This document shows positions 1 to 12,480 of a stretch of DNA of 64,000 bases, one piece after another. Source of the DNA: Cetorhinus maximus (Eukaryota); assembly GCF_964194155.1 (NCBI RefSeq), contig NC_135888.1:17484001-17548000 (forward strand), read 5' to 3'. The notes below the pieces were generated by a model. The model was not told the DNA's origin. It searched no databases and saw only the letters and a list, made by a program, of their open reading frames with translations. Every line of letters starts with the position of its first letter. Position 1 is the stretch's first letter. The translations under genes were made by a program, and so were the position numbers.

Positions 1-99
1 TAGCCCTTTCGTGGAGCTGTCTAATCGGTGTCACTTCCATGTTCTCTCCCCAATTTCCACCCCTCATGCCCTTTCGCAAACCCCTTCCCACACCCCAAA

Positions 100-480
100 C
101 AATTCCAATAAAGACACAAAGCAGCCGTTAAACGATCCGTTTTAAAGACAATGGAACTTACCAGAAGATGGCCTGAGGCCGGACACAGTCCCAAACTCCT
201 CACTGGGTCAGCGTCAGCATCAGCATCCGGCCCCCAGGCAGCGGCCCGGGGACATCCCGCTCCTCAACCCCCACCATCACCTCAGAGACAAAACAACAAC
301 ACATTTATATTAAAGGGCATACAAAGTCTTCATGGGGAAACCAATCGGGAACTTTCCCTCACTAGTTGGGCTAATGTTTTTTCATTATGAGCCAGTCCCA
401 TCGCGGTCACTCTCTCCCGTACCAAGCCGCTGAAAGAAAAACCATTCTCGGCTGACGCGCCCACCTCCAAACCCCGCCCA
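100..480 (-). promoter_or_regulatory. CpG-rich TSS region / probable non-coding first exon(s) of a divergently transcribed minus-strand gene (possibly FBXW2)
   Basis: Locally GC/CpG-rich. Minus-strand donor-like sites CTGAG|GTGATG (exon end 281) and CTTG|GTACGG (exon end 423). GC box at ~472-479. The FBXW2 identity rests only on recalled human head-to-head synteny with B3GALT9; no coding sequence is visible. Confidence 0.45.
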
Positions 481-491
481 CCAACAATCCC

Positions 492-1033
492 CATTGGTTC
501 TAATCAATCCCCACGCCGCGTTTTGATACGACGTTCCAACTGCCAGTCACTTTAACTAGGCCCCGCCTCCTTACCGAATCCTCATTGGCTCTAATCAATC
601 CACATGCCGCGTTCTGATACGACGTACCAGCTGCCAGTCACTCTAGCTAGTTCCCGCCTACTTCCCTTCTTCTCATTGGCTCTATTCAATCCGCATTTCG
701 TGTTTTGATACGATACTCCACTGTCCATTACCCTGCCCAGGTCCCGCCTCCTTACCTCATTTTAATTGACTCTAATCAATCAGCATGCTGTGTTTTGATA
801 CGACGTTCCAACTGCCAATCACTATGGCTAGGACCCGCCTCCTCACCTCATGCTCATTGGTCCAAATCAACCCCCTGGCTCCCCGTACAGCGTTTTGATG
901 CGACACGTGAATCGGTCTAACTAGGTCCCGCCTCTTTACCTCATGCTCATTGGTTCTAATCAACACCTCGGCTCCCAATACTGCATTTTGATACGATGCT
1001 CGAACTGCCAATCATTCTAAACTGATCCGCGCC
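492..1033. repeat. Six diverged tandem ~91-bp units, each with ATTGG (inverted CCAAT) and CCCGCC (GC box)
   Basis: Units start at ~492, 583, 674, 764, 855 and 948. Shared pattern: CATTGGYTCTAATCAA...GTTTTGATACGACG...CTGCCARTCAC...TAGGNCCCGCCTC. Confidence 0.9.
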
Positions 1034-3393
1034 GTCCCAAAGTGAAGCAAAATGGATTCACTCATTTTTCTTTAAAAGTTTTGTAAATTTTGCGAATTTC
1101 ACTATTAAGAAGTGTATCCAATCAGTCCTAATTTTTTATAATCCTGGCTACTAACATTATTCCAATGTTAACAATTTGAGATTAGTTCAACAGCAACATA
1201 TTTATATAGCACATTTGAAATATGAAAAGAAATCCTCACAGTGTTTCACATAGCAATTATGGTGCGCTTAAATCACCTTCTCCCATCCTGGTAATTACAT
1301 GATACAATGCAAAGGCAGGGCAGATATCAAAACCTTCATAAAACTACAGAAAACAGCATTAAAAATAAGTGCAGATATGTTTCAACAAGCACTATCTTTG
1401 TGAAAAAGTGACAAATCTGCTTGTAAATTAGGGACAACAGTTGTATATTATTTTCAGCAGGACAGTGTCACATGCAAGCCAAGTGATGCAATACACTTTC
1501 ATAAGGTTTATTGCTTCCTTTTCCAATGTGCTTGCAAGTGGACAAAAAAAAGGTTCCTCAAAAACGTTCCCCATAAAGACACTTCTGCTTTAATGTCTTC
1601 TTCTCCTTGAATAGTTGTGAAAGAAAGTTCAAGGACTTTTTATTGCTATTTTCCCTCTCTCTCAACACTAACTCTGCCCCAAGGGACTCTTTCCAGTACC
1701 TTGTCCAAATCACTGTTCTTCATGTACGACCACAAGCAGCAATTGTTAGCAGGGTATTTGACAGATATGTTGTCAGAAAGACAACGTTACAGATTTGGGA
1801 TAACAAGGAACTATTCACGTGCTTAAGCAGTTTAATTCCACTATAATCACTTGATTATAATCAATAAACACTGTTCCCAACACGTAAAAAACATTAGAAT
1901 TTCTTATTGTTTTCATGTACTACCTTTTGTCATTCATGGGCAGCAATGGATAGCAGGTCTACCACATTTGAGGTTTCTTCTTGACACTCATCCCCTCATT
2001 CACAACTAAATATAGTTTCCACCGGCAGACTGAGCCTTCTGCGAACTAAAAGCTGCATCTTTGTTTTCTGTCATGGATGAATAAGCATAGCCCAGATTCG
2101 ACAATAGTCACAATGAATCACTTATTAGAGAATATATGAGGTGCCCACAACATTCTTCCATGGGCTCAGAAGGCAATAAATACTGTGTCATAAAACCAAA
2201 CCATATAGGCTAAGCCATTTATTCATATTTATCTATTAATGAATAGTACACAGAAGAGAAATAGCATAGTGAGATAATGAATTTGTGTTTTTCTATAGAA
2301 CTGTTAGGTTTTCTCTTTCATAGACCTTTGGCATGAGATGTTGCACATGATTATGTGAGTTTCAGTTCACTCACACAACTTTTAATGCACTCACATCAGG
2401 ACTAATTTCAACAGGAGGATAACACTGTATTATGTGGGTAAGATGCCTTTGGTGATGGTGCAATCTATCATTGGGAACAAAAGCCACAATACATAGGGAT
2501 GATATCCTAATGAGCAATTAGCCGGGGACCTGATATTATACAATTCAATATGGCTCTAGGAAAAAATCTGAACCTATTTTTAATCAATCAGCTTTGTCTT
2601 AAATCCTGTTAACAGAATATCATTCATTTTATATTGTAATGAAAGAGGAGCCCAATTAAGGTAACCTTTTCTATTTCAAAATAAACCATTTCACATAAAG
2701 ACAGAGGTTTCCTATTTGCCTCAGATACCTGCAATGAAACCAGTTGGCTTTACAAACAGTGAAATTATGATTTCTATTTAATAGTCATTGATAAATATCA
2801 CCTCCATATGTTATATATTGTATAATTCAATAAGCATGATCATTCCATTGAAATCCATTTGTTTTACATAATATTCATTTCACTTAGGGAGCCCTGAGGC
2901 ACTATTGATTTCCATCTAATTAACTTGCCTGTGTTGCTCTGATATTTGATATTCAAGGTTATCCATTGCCTCTTTGGTACTAAATAATTCACCTAATGTG
3001 AGTTTACTTACAAAAACACAACCTTCGTTGAGAAGAGAATTAATGTACATTGTAATTCATTTAATGCTATGCAAATTTAGGCAAGATAGCAAAATGATAA
3101 AAAGAAAAGTTTGCAAAATGACAAAATCTAACATGAGTGAAATGTTGTCTGTGTTTTACCTGCTTCTTGTTCCCTTTCCCAGGTATTTGATCTGTGGGAA
3201 GCTATAGGATTACATTTTGTGAGTGCATCACTCTAACAGGGGAATTAAGTTAACCAAACAGTACCTTCCTCCATTTTGAAATTGCACGGTAGATTTTGGC
3301 ACAAAACATCCATTCAACAGACTGAGAGCAGCAAGACCAGGTAATCTGTACATTGTTGAGGATTTATTCACCTAGAACTTGCTTGAGCTGACC

Positions 3394-3399
3394 ATGCAG
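3394..3399 (+). CDS. B3GALT9: B3GALT9 first coding segment (Met-Gln)
   Basis: ACC-ATG-CAG|GTAAGC gives a good Kozak context plus a consensus donor. Phase 0 joins to the acceptor at 5319/5320, giving MQLIFCRLRTHQW, which matches the recalled human MQVTFCRLRTHQW. Confidence 0.85.
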
Positions 3400-4559
3400 G
3401 TAAGCGTGTTGTGATATTTTACCAACAAGTATTGAAGTATTAAGCAACTTTGAAAAAAAAGTCATACAGTGCCAATGGGACAGGTCAAAATGGGTCAGTA
3501 ACAGAGAGTATTAAGTTATCGTATCAGTTTTGCAATATTTAAAAATAAACTCAAACATAAGTGTTACTCACTTGATAACTGTATATTTTTGCATAATACA
3601 GTTTCAATTTGTCTATTAGAGAAGTGAGAACGAGAGACTTACAGCATCAGAAAGAGGTCCATTGGGTCTGTACTAGCTCTATTGTTGTGGCCCAGCACTT
3701 CATGCTAATATTGTTCATTGCAACACAAAAGTATATTCATGAAATTGGCTGAAAGGGTCATGATGTGGTGATGTAAAATAATAAATGCTTCTTTGTTTTA
3801 ACCTTTGAGCCCAAAATATATGAGGGTTTTGAAAACATTTTTTCATGGAGGTGGTCCCCTTCTTTGAAAAAGAAACTGTAAATTTCGGTGGGAGAAGTCT
3901 TGACCCTGTACGTAGTGCAGCTTTCTACTTCATGATGCGTGTCTTCATTAACAGGTTGAGTATCATGTCGTGAAATGGTGCCACATCTGATAATATTAAC
4001 ACAATGAACAGTTTTATTAAAGGAGTGCGGTCTGCATTGAAAAAAGGTGTTTGATCATTCATTTTCTGGAAAGAGAGAAGTGTGATGTGTCGCAATGATG
4101 TCTCTTACGGGTGATGCTGTAATACATTTTGAGGCAAAGGAGCAAACGTTTGCTAAATAGTTTTCTCCAGGGAGACAGGGCCCCTTCAGTGTTACAGTTT
4201 CTCTTAAATTAATAATTGAATTAATAATTGAGGACACTGAAAGAAAGGAGGGCTGCCCAAGGTGGGTGCCTCAGAGAAAACAGGGGAAGGGGGCTGTGGG
4301 CAATGGGACAGAATCCCTCTTGACAGAAGGGAAGCTACAATAAAAAAAATGTATGCTAAATCTCCACTAGTTGGTGGCATTGAAATAGAATTGAAACTTG
4401 AAAACCATATTTTCTTTGAAGGGATAACTGCATTCCTGAGAAGGTGAACGTCTAAAGAACATAGGTGAACCTGGGTGAGAGAAATTCTAAGTAAATTAGG
4501 AGAGTTTTGGAGGTGAGGCTTCCAAAATGATGTGCGGAATTGACTGAGTTGGCTCAGAC

Positions 4560-5045
4560 AAATTATCGTACGTACACTCATTAAAAAGTTAAAATTTTGC
4601 GACCCATTTTTCTTGGCCAAAATTCATGGGTCAACTTCCACATGAGTAATGTTCTTGAGGGATTGACATGCTTGCTTGATGAGGGTACAAGGGAAATCCA
4701 AAACAGACCGTTGCCAATGGGGTAAAATAAAAACCACCAACACTAAAGAATTCATATCAATTATCATTCATAATCTGATCACTTTAACAATCTGAATAAA
4801 TTTAGACAAAACTTAAACGTATCCATGTTTTAAGCATGCACTTACCAGCAGTCATTTTCATTCGTATTAATATATTTACAATGAAATTGAATCATTAACA
4901 TCTCCAGGATTATACTTTGCTTTGGAAACTTTTGGGTTTTGATCCCTGAAATACTGGGGTTGACTTTTACATGCAGTATATGAAAAATTACAGTCTTTTA
5001 GGCCAAAAGTCCTGCACATGCTGCTGGTTTTTAAACGTGTATAAA
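4560..5045. mobile_element. Decayed non-autonomous DNA transposon (pogo/Tigger-like)
   Basis: Repeated subterminal motif GGGTYRACTT(Y)(Y)ACATG at ~4628 and ~4956; AT-rich interior; ends eroded. Confidence 0.3.
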
Positions 5046-5319
5046 TGGGATTTGGTATAGTTCAGACTTCAAAAGGTAGGAGTAAACAAAAAAGGGAAGT
5101 TAGCTGCAATTATTTTCTTTTTCCATGCATAAAGCTAACAGAGATGGGCACTGAGGTTGGCAGAATAAACGGGCACTAGATGTTTTACTGGAGAGGGATG
5201 AGATTGAGCGACGTAGTGAGAGGTGGGCAGCATTTATGTAAACAATGGGGTGGGTTTGCTCCACCTAAAATTCTGTCTCTTGTCCTAAAAAATCTTTTGT
5301 TTTTTTTTTGTTTGTCCAG

Positions 5320-6426
5320 CTGATATTCTGTAGGCTTCGCACACATCAGTGGTGCTTTCTCCTCTTCAATGTGCTTCTTTTCCACGCCTTGCTCTTTGGG
5401 GCTGACATTGTGGAGGAGTACCTGCTCCAGTCCTCTCCGACCACCTACGCAGATGCCCAAACGCTAGATGTCCGCGAGAGAGCCAGGAAACTAGACATGG
5501 GCCTGGTCAAGGGAAACGCCTCCAAATTCTTTCGCATCAGCAGCGCAGGGGCTTGTGGTGATGCTGACCTCTTTCTCCTGGCTGTCGTTTCCAGCAATGC
5601 AGAAAACCTAACACAGCGGGAAATAATCAGGAAAACTTGGGCCAACATGAGCCAAGTGCAAGGTTATGGTTTGTTGACACTATTTGCAATTGGGATCCCT
5701 CAGACGCAGGCAACCCAAGAGGAGATCAACAAAGAGTATGAAAACCACAGGGATATCATTCAAGGCACCTTCTCAGACTCAACCAACAACGTCGTCCTTA
5801 AAACTATCATGATCATGCGCTGGGCTGTGACATTTTGCTCTAAAGCTTTGTTCATTCTGAAATCTGATGAAGAGGTCTTTGTCAATTATAGAAGCTTGGT
5901 GGAATACCTGCTTAGCTTGAAGAGGCATGCCGAAGATCTTTACATTGGGAGGGTCTATCACCAGGTTATGCCCATTCGAGACCCCCTGAGTAAATATTAT
6001 GTGCCTGTCATTCTGTATTCAAGGAAATATTACCCCGATTTCTGCAGCACTACTGCCTATGTCATCTCGCAGGATGTTGCCCGCAAAGTTTTTGTCGTTT
6101 CCATGGCGATGGAGACCTCAATGCCTGAAGACATTTATGTCGGAATCTGCGCCCAGAAAGCTGGTGTGGTGCCCATCCACAGCTCCAGGTTCTCTGGGGA
6201 GAAGCATATTTGGTTCAATCGCTGCTGCTACAAATTCATCTTTAGCTCTTTTGGGATGACAGGCAAGGAGCTGGTCAAGGCCTGGGAGGAGATTAATGAC
6301 AGCAGGCAATGTACTATGTTAGAAACGTACTATGGACTGATCAAGTGCAAGGCATTAACATATCTGGACAAGCTCACATTGCATAGTAGCACAGAGTCAG
6401 AGGAGTTTGTTACTCCATCAGACTAA
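5320..6426 (+). CDS. B3GALT9: Beta-1,3-galactosyltransferase 9 (GT31), main coding exon
   Basis: Polypyrimidine tract + CAG acceptor. N-terminal TM segment (WCFLLFNVLLFHALLFG). GT31 motifs REIIRKTW, FILKSDEEVFVN, YPDFCS and EDIYVGIC. C-terminal HSSRFSG...NRCCYKFIF is typical of B3GALT9. Confidence 0.95.
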   Translation: MIFCRLRTHQWCFLLFNVLLFHALLFGADIVEEYLLQSSPTTYADAQTLDVRERARKLDMGLVKGNASKFFRISSAGACGDADLFLLAVVSSNAENLTQREIIRKTWANMSQVQGYGLLTLFAIGIPQTQATQEEINKEYENHRDIIQGTFSDSTNNVVLKTIMIMRWAVTFCSKALFILKSDEEVFVNYRSLVEYLLSLKRHAEDLYIGRVYHQVMPIRDPLSKYYVPVILYSRKYYPDFCSTTAYVISQDVARKVFVVSMAMETSMPEDIYVGICAQKAGVVPIHSSRFSGEKHIWFNRCCYKFIFSSFGMTGKELVKAWEEINDSRQCTMLETYYGLIKCKALTYLDKLTLHSSTESEEFVTPSD

Positions 6427-6479
6427 ACGTTGATTGAAATGGTAATCCCCACAAACTGTGATTCAAGATACAGCACTCT

Positions 6480-6915
6480 CATTGCTGAGACAGTTGGTTA
6501 TGGGTTCAAGTCCCACTCCAGGGACTTGGGCACATGATCTAGACTGGCACTCCCATTGCATTCCCAGTACTGAAGGAGTGCGGCACAGTCAGAGGTGCCA
6601 CTTTTCAGATGAGCTGCTTAACCCAGGTTCTGTCTGCCCTCTCGGGTGGACATGAAAGATTCCATGACACTATTTCACTGGGAAGTTCCTCCCAGTGTCC
6701 TGACCAATATTTATCCCTCAACCAACATCACTAAAAACAGATTATCTGCTCATTATTGCATAGCTGTTTGTGGGACCTTGCTTTGCACAAATTGGCTGCC
6801 ACAGTTCCAATTTTACAACATTGACTACACTTCAAAAGCATCCTTTAATGGCTGTAAAGTACTTTGGACTGTCCTTTGGTCATGAAAGGTGCTACATAAA
6901 TGCAAGTCTTTCTAA
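6480..6915 (+). mobile_element. Deu-domain tRNA-derived SINE (SacSINE1/AmnSINE1-like) just downstream of the B3GALT9 stop
   Basis: B-box GGTTCAAGTCCC, central CCAATATTTATCCCTCAACCAACATCAC, tail GAAAGGTGCTACATAAATGCAAGTCTTT. Many homologous copies in the window. Confidence 0.8.
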
Positions 6916-7384
6916 TTCCTCTCTCCTTTCGTAACTTTGACCACATATAGTTGATTCTTTTAAAAATATCCTCTTGCTTTTAATTAAGATTTCTTTATGA
7001 AAGGCTGTGAAACTTTTCTGTCTGTCCTGTCTCTCTGCTTGTACGTATCTTGCATCTGGTGGGTGAGGGATAAGATGTGAGACCCACTCCCAGGCCTCAA
7101 TTGGTGCCGCTCTTCAGCCAAGCACAAAGATGTATACGACATTGGCCCAGGACTGATTCCTGCTCCTGGTGAAGCTGCACCTGGCCTCTGCTCCTTCACC
7201 TCAATTTGTAGAGCAGCTCACCTAAAGAAGCCAGTGGAATGGGAGCAGACAGCAAATCAAACTGCCATCCAACTAATCAATGCTTACCATGTGCTAGTGC
7301 TGCAGCCCACTGCACCACTACAGCCGTTCTAGTGAGGAGATGTAACCTCCCATTTCTCAAGTTTATTTTTTCCCAGCTTTCAGT

Positions 7385-7700
7385 TCAGACATTAAACCGA
7401 GGCTCCGTCTGCCCTGTAAGGTGGGAGTAAAAGATCCTATAGCACTTTTTGGAAGAAGGGCAGGGGATTAATCTTCACTATCCTGGGGCCAATATTTATC
7501 CCTCAATCAACATCACAAAAAGAGATTATCTGGTCGTTATCACATTGCTGTTTGTGGGAGCTGGCTGTGTGCAAATTGGTTGCTACATTTCCTACATCAC
7601 AACAGTGGCTACACTTCAAAAGTACTTCATTAGTTGTGAAACATTTGTGACGTCCAATGGTTGTGAAAGGCATTATATAAATACAAGTCCTTTTTTTCTT
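7385..7700 (+). mobile_element. 5'-truncated Deu-domain SINE
   Basis: Colinear with the 3' two-thirds of 6480-6915. Confidence 0.8.
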
Positions 7701-8714
7701 TTTCTTCCCATTAGGTCATGCATTGCTGTATCCACAAGGGATAACTAGCTTGTGTGCCTCACCACTGTGGGCTAGTGTGCCGATGCCTAGTGTCTACATT
7801 GCATTGTTTGAAACCTTCTTAATATTGAAAACTATCACAATTAAACATGCAATTAAGAGGCTTTTTGATGCTCTATTGCAGAATTCTCAATAGCTACATT
7901 TTTAGGAAATGTGATCATTAATGTTCAAATAAAAATAATATCTGAGGCCCTGTCATTGGCGACTGTCAGCATTATGTATGCAGGTATATTATAAATCGCT
8001 TTTATTTTTAATTTAGAGACCATCCATCACTGATTTTTCTTGTTTCTAAAGAGTCAGACAATAATGTTAAGGATCCATTTGTAATTGTTACGTTTTACGT
8101 AAGCGTGTAACAATACCTAGGAGGGGCCAGGATAATGCTTTCTTTCAGAGCATCTAAATGGTCAGGTCCTTCGCTTAAACAACAGCTCAGGTGTTGCAAT
8201 TCAAGGAAGGTGAAAAAGATTAACCAGGGTTTCCACTTCTGATCACTGCGCTGTAATCCTGCTGGAAAATTAATATGTTTGTTTGCAGTGCACATTTTTT
8301 GAACATGGATAAAATCAGACTCAGTTTGGCATTTCCCCGCCCCCCACCCCAAAGATCAAGAAGCTTGCTGAACCCATGCCCTAGACCCATGTGTGAAAAA
8401 TGATCACTTCAGCAAGATACCAGAGAGCTACCTGCACCAGTGCCTCACCAACATCTGGAATGACAGGAGAGGAGAAAGAAAAAAAAAGGAAAAAATGAAT
8501 AGTTTTAATGTGTGTTTTATTAATGGAGGGGAAACAAAAGAATATACTTGTCAAAACAATGATACATACATGGAATTTTTAGTGTTTTGGGACCTTGAAA
8601 GGATAGTGACTTTCTTGGTCAGAAGATAGGCCTCAAAACAGCCTTTGTTTGTTTCTTTTTGACACATTTATCATGACTATAGTGGTTTATGGTTGCAACA
8701 TTTTAAATTTCTGT

Positions 8715-8850
8715 TTAAAAGCAAAATACTGCGGATGCTGGAAATCTGAAATAAAATCGGAAAATACTGGAAAAACTCAGCCGGTCTGACAGCATCTGTG
8801 GAGAGAGAAACAGAGTTAATGTTTCGAGTCCGTATGACTCTTCTACATCT
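8715..8850 (-). mobile_element. Penelope pseudo-LTR fragment
   Basis: AAAGCAAAATACTGCGGATGCTGGAAATC...GAAAAACTCAGC...TTTCGAGTC, shared with the Penelope copy at 59719-60448. Confidence 0.75.
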
Positions 8851-9048
8851 TCTTATTATATTAAATTTTTGTTTGTTTGGCATATCGTTGTCTTGGCATC
8901 TGTGTTGAGGTTCCTGGGTGTGTCTTAGCATTTATATATGCCACCTGACAAATAACTGAGACAAAATGTAAGAACGTTAGAGCGTAACAACTGAAGCTGA
9001 ATAGATAAAACTGCGAATTCTGAAGATGAATTACTAATAAAACACATT

Positions 9049-9609
9049 GGGCAGAATTATGCCCTTGGCGGGCGGGCTTGGCAGGTGCGGGCGGGGGTGG
9101 TTGGGAAGCTGGCCACTGCCCGCGATCGAGGCCGGAAGACGATTTCACGCTGGCAAGCCAAATAAGGCCCGCCCAGAGTGAAATGCGAGCGGCAGCACTG
9201 CCTGAATGGGCAGGGGGGAGGAAGGCGAGCAGGACGAGCACGAACTTAGTGCATGCACGCGAGTGAGCGCTTGAAAATCTCCCTGAGGCACAGAGCTGCC
9301 TCAGGGAGATAAAGCGTTTTTTTTTAAATTAAAGATTTGAAAAATGTAATAAAACATGTTCCCCTCTTGTGACTCTCGTTAGGTTGGCAGGGCAGCCAAA
9401 AATTTAACTTAATTGATTCTTTAATGGCCTTAACGGGGCCTTTTAATTGTCGGTTGGCGCGTTTGCCAACTCCAGCGCGTGCCCGCTGACCAAGCTATTG
9501 CGCGACTGCCGTTGACGTCGGGACGCTCGGCCAACATCAACGCGCATCATTTCACGCTCAAGCGGGTCGGGTGCGCGCCCGCCCAGCTGCCGAGCGAAAA
9601 ACTTCGCCC
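9049..9609. mobile_element. PIF/Harbinger-type MITE
   Basis: TIRs GGGCAGAATTAT...AAAACTTCGCCC; 3-bp TSD ATT on both sides; GC-rich ends with AT-rich hairpin-containing centre. Confidence 0.8.
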
Positions 9610-10639
9610 ATTGTGTTAATTTACCTCAACCATTTTCATCAGAACGTTCCTCAGATATGGAATAGTTAACAACGGGTGTCCTAATAATGAAGAAGAGCAG
9701 AGCCCATCAAATCTCATCTAGTGGTGTCAGGGCACCTGGTACAGCCAGTCAGTAACGTTTGAAAAAAAGAAAACTGGAACTAAAAAAAAAAGGTTGAGAT
9801 GGGATGGAGGAAAGGATTACAAATCAGGCCAATCAATGTGAATGTGGGATTTATTGCACTGTAATTGGTATTTGAGATTTTTCGGGACAGACCCTGTTTC
9901 TGGGAATACATCGTGTCAATAACGCAGGATCATTGGTCAATGTATTCACGTGCATTCCTAATCAGTAAGTGCACCAAACAGCACATTTATCAACTGAGCC
10001 AAGAAGAATATTTCTTAATGCCTTACATAAAGGTGCATTTTGAGGGTTGCAGATGTTACCTCCATTTTTGAATCAGCAATTTGTTGAATTAGCGGAACAT
10101 ATAAGATTTATTCTTTGCTATTTATTACCTACAAAACACGTTTAGTGATGTCACTATCTATCTTGTACTTTGGTACTAGGTTCTCGGCAATCATCTGTTC
10201 CTGAATCTCGCTGTCCAATATCAAGGTCAAACCCTGTTTGTGTATTTCACATGTTCTGACTTGTCCTGGTGGTACTGCAACTTTTGGGAAAGGCTGTTCT
10301 TGGTACTGCTGCCCCATTGGCAGATGATTCTTAACTCGTAACATCAAGACCTGTTAATAACTTGAGATCTATGCATATTCATGAGAATGTGGAATTTATA
10401 TCTGGCCCCTGAGGCACTCTGTCCTAAATTATAGGGGATGGGAGTTATCATGACTGTCAGCTGCATTACACTTATATCTTATCAGAAATTTCAAACCAGC
10501 ACACATAGTCCAATTGTCGTCCACCTTATAACGTTACTTCACCTGGAAGCGGCAGTGTTTTTTGACTCCTCATGTGCAATGCCACAGGAGAGCTGCAAGT
10601 AATATTTGTTGGTAATACTGTCAGACCCAGGGTAATGCT

Positions 10640-11020
10640 GTCGAATGCTGCACTCTCAGATGTGCTGCCTTTCAAATGAGTCGTTAAACCAAGGCTCCGT
10701 CTACCCTCTCAGGTGGAGGTAAAAAATACCGTGACCTTATTTGAGAAGAGAAGGGGCCTTCTCCTGGTTGATAGTTACTCTTCAATCAACACCACTAAAA
10801 CAGGTTATTAAGTCATTATCACGTTGCTGTTTGTGGGAGTTTCCTGTGCATAAATTGGCTGCCATCTTTCCTGGCTACATCATAACAATGGCTGCACTTG
10901 AAAAAAATAAAACTAAAAATATTTTTAAAAATTCAAAAGCACTTCATTGGCTGTAAAGTACTTTGGGGCCTACTTACTGCAGTTGTGAAAGGCGCTATAT
11001 AAATACAAATTCTTTCTTTG
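10640..11020 (+). mobile_element. Deu-domain SINE
   Basis: Ends in GTGAAAGGCGCTATATAAATACAA; colinear with other copies. Confidence 0.75.
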
Positions 11021-11044
11021 TCAGTTGTGGGTGGCACAACTGTG

Positions 11045-11653
11045 GGTGGCACTCTTGGCGGGCGGGCTCAGTGGGAGAGGGCGGCGATCGGTTCCGTGCC
11101 ACCATTTTACGCAGGCAGGCCAATTAAGGCCCGCCCAGTGTAAGATGTGAGCGGTAGCCCTCTGCACTACCTGTGCGGGCGGGGGTAGGAGGGAGAGTCG
11201 GGGCCAGCGCTCTTTCGCGCACGCGCACAAAAGAGCGCTTCAATCTCCCAGAGACACAGGGAGATTGAATCGCTACTGAAATGATTAACTAAGCGGTTTA
11301 CAAATTTAATTAAGCATGTCCCCTCATGTGACTGTGTCACTTGAGATGGCACATGTTTTTATATTTTGGAAAATGTTTTTATTTAGTTAATAAAAGCTTT
11401 AGGAAACCTCATCCCGCCCGTGGATGAGGTTTCCTAAAAAACGCAAAGGCCGTTTGGCCTTTTCGCCTGCCCGCCAACCTTAAGATTGGATGGGCAGCGT
11501 TAACAATTCCCTTAATCACTTCCTTAATAGGCCGTTTACCAATCGGCGGGCACGCAGCCAACTCCAGCGCATGCCTGACGTCATCGCGCATCACTTTGGG
11601 CATTGGCGTATCGGGCCCAACACCCCCTGCACGCCGACTGAAAAATCCTGCCC
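11045..11653. mobile_element. Harbinger-type MITE (left TIR lost)
   Basis: Right TIR AAAATCCTGCCC; interior homologous to 9049-9609 and 24274-24976. Confidence 0.75.
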
Positions 11654-11654
11654 T

Positions 11655-12185
11655 CTGGGTTCAAGTCCCACTCCAGAGACTTGAGCACATAATCCAGGCT
11701 GACATTTCCAGGGCAATACTGAAGGAGCCTTGTACTGTTGGAGGAACCATCTTTATGATGGGGCATTAAACTGAGGCACAATCTACACCCTCTCACCCCG
11801 GTGGATGCAAATGATTGCATGGCACTATTTTGGAGAAGAGCAGGGCTGTTCTCACCAGTGCTGTGGTCAATATTTATCCCTCAACCAAGGGCCGGGATTT
11901 TCAGTCTCCCCGCCCGCCCCCCTCCCGGCGGATTCCCCAGCCAGTGAGCCATTGAAATCTCCATTCACACAGGCGGGATCGGAAGATCTTGCCAGCACGA
12001 GGGGCTGGAAAGTCCGGCCAAAGTCACTAAAACAAGACAGATTGCAGCTCGTAGCTGGCTGTGCACTTGGTTGACGTTTTTCTTACATCCCAACACTACA
12101 CTTGGATAAAGAAGGGAATATTGTGTTGTGAAGTGCTTCAGGGTGTCCTGAGGTTGTGAAAGGTGCCATATCAACACAATTCTTC
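11655..12185 (+). mobile_element. Deu-domain SINE interrupted by a ~130-bp mini-MITE (~11889-12018)
   Basis: SINE breaks after ATTTATCCCTCAACCAA and resumes at TCACTAAAACAAGA; insert bounded by GGGCCGGGATTTT...AAAGTCCGGCC. Confidence 0.7.
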
Positions 12186-12480
12186 CCCACTTTCAGTGTC
12201 ACACCTGTTATCCTTACTTCTATCAGAGGCAGTGCTGCAACCCCTTTCAACCTGCTGCACTGTGACCGACACAACGGTGGTGGAAAGAAATTTCACTTGC
12301 GCCCAAAACAGTCACCAAGTTGTCAGAACAATCACCCACATTTGCTGGTGGTGATGGTCCTGAGTTTTGTCATGGGCTCAAAAGATGCACTTCCAATTCC
12401 CCTGGGCCCACAAAAATATAGACCGAAAGTTCCTCAGGCCTTGTGAGCAGCCTCCAGCAATCACTTCAGGACTTTCTTAA

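Noticed and set aside
492-1033. CRISPR-like regularly spaced repeats
   Set aside because: Whole 91-bp units are homologous; this is a tandem repeat, not repeat-spacer structure.
6480-6560. tRNA genes at A/B-box motifs
   Set aside because: These are SINE heads followed by SINE bodies; no cloverleaf or T-run terminator.
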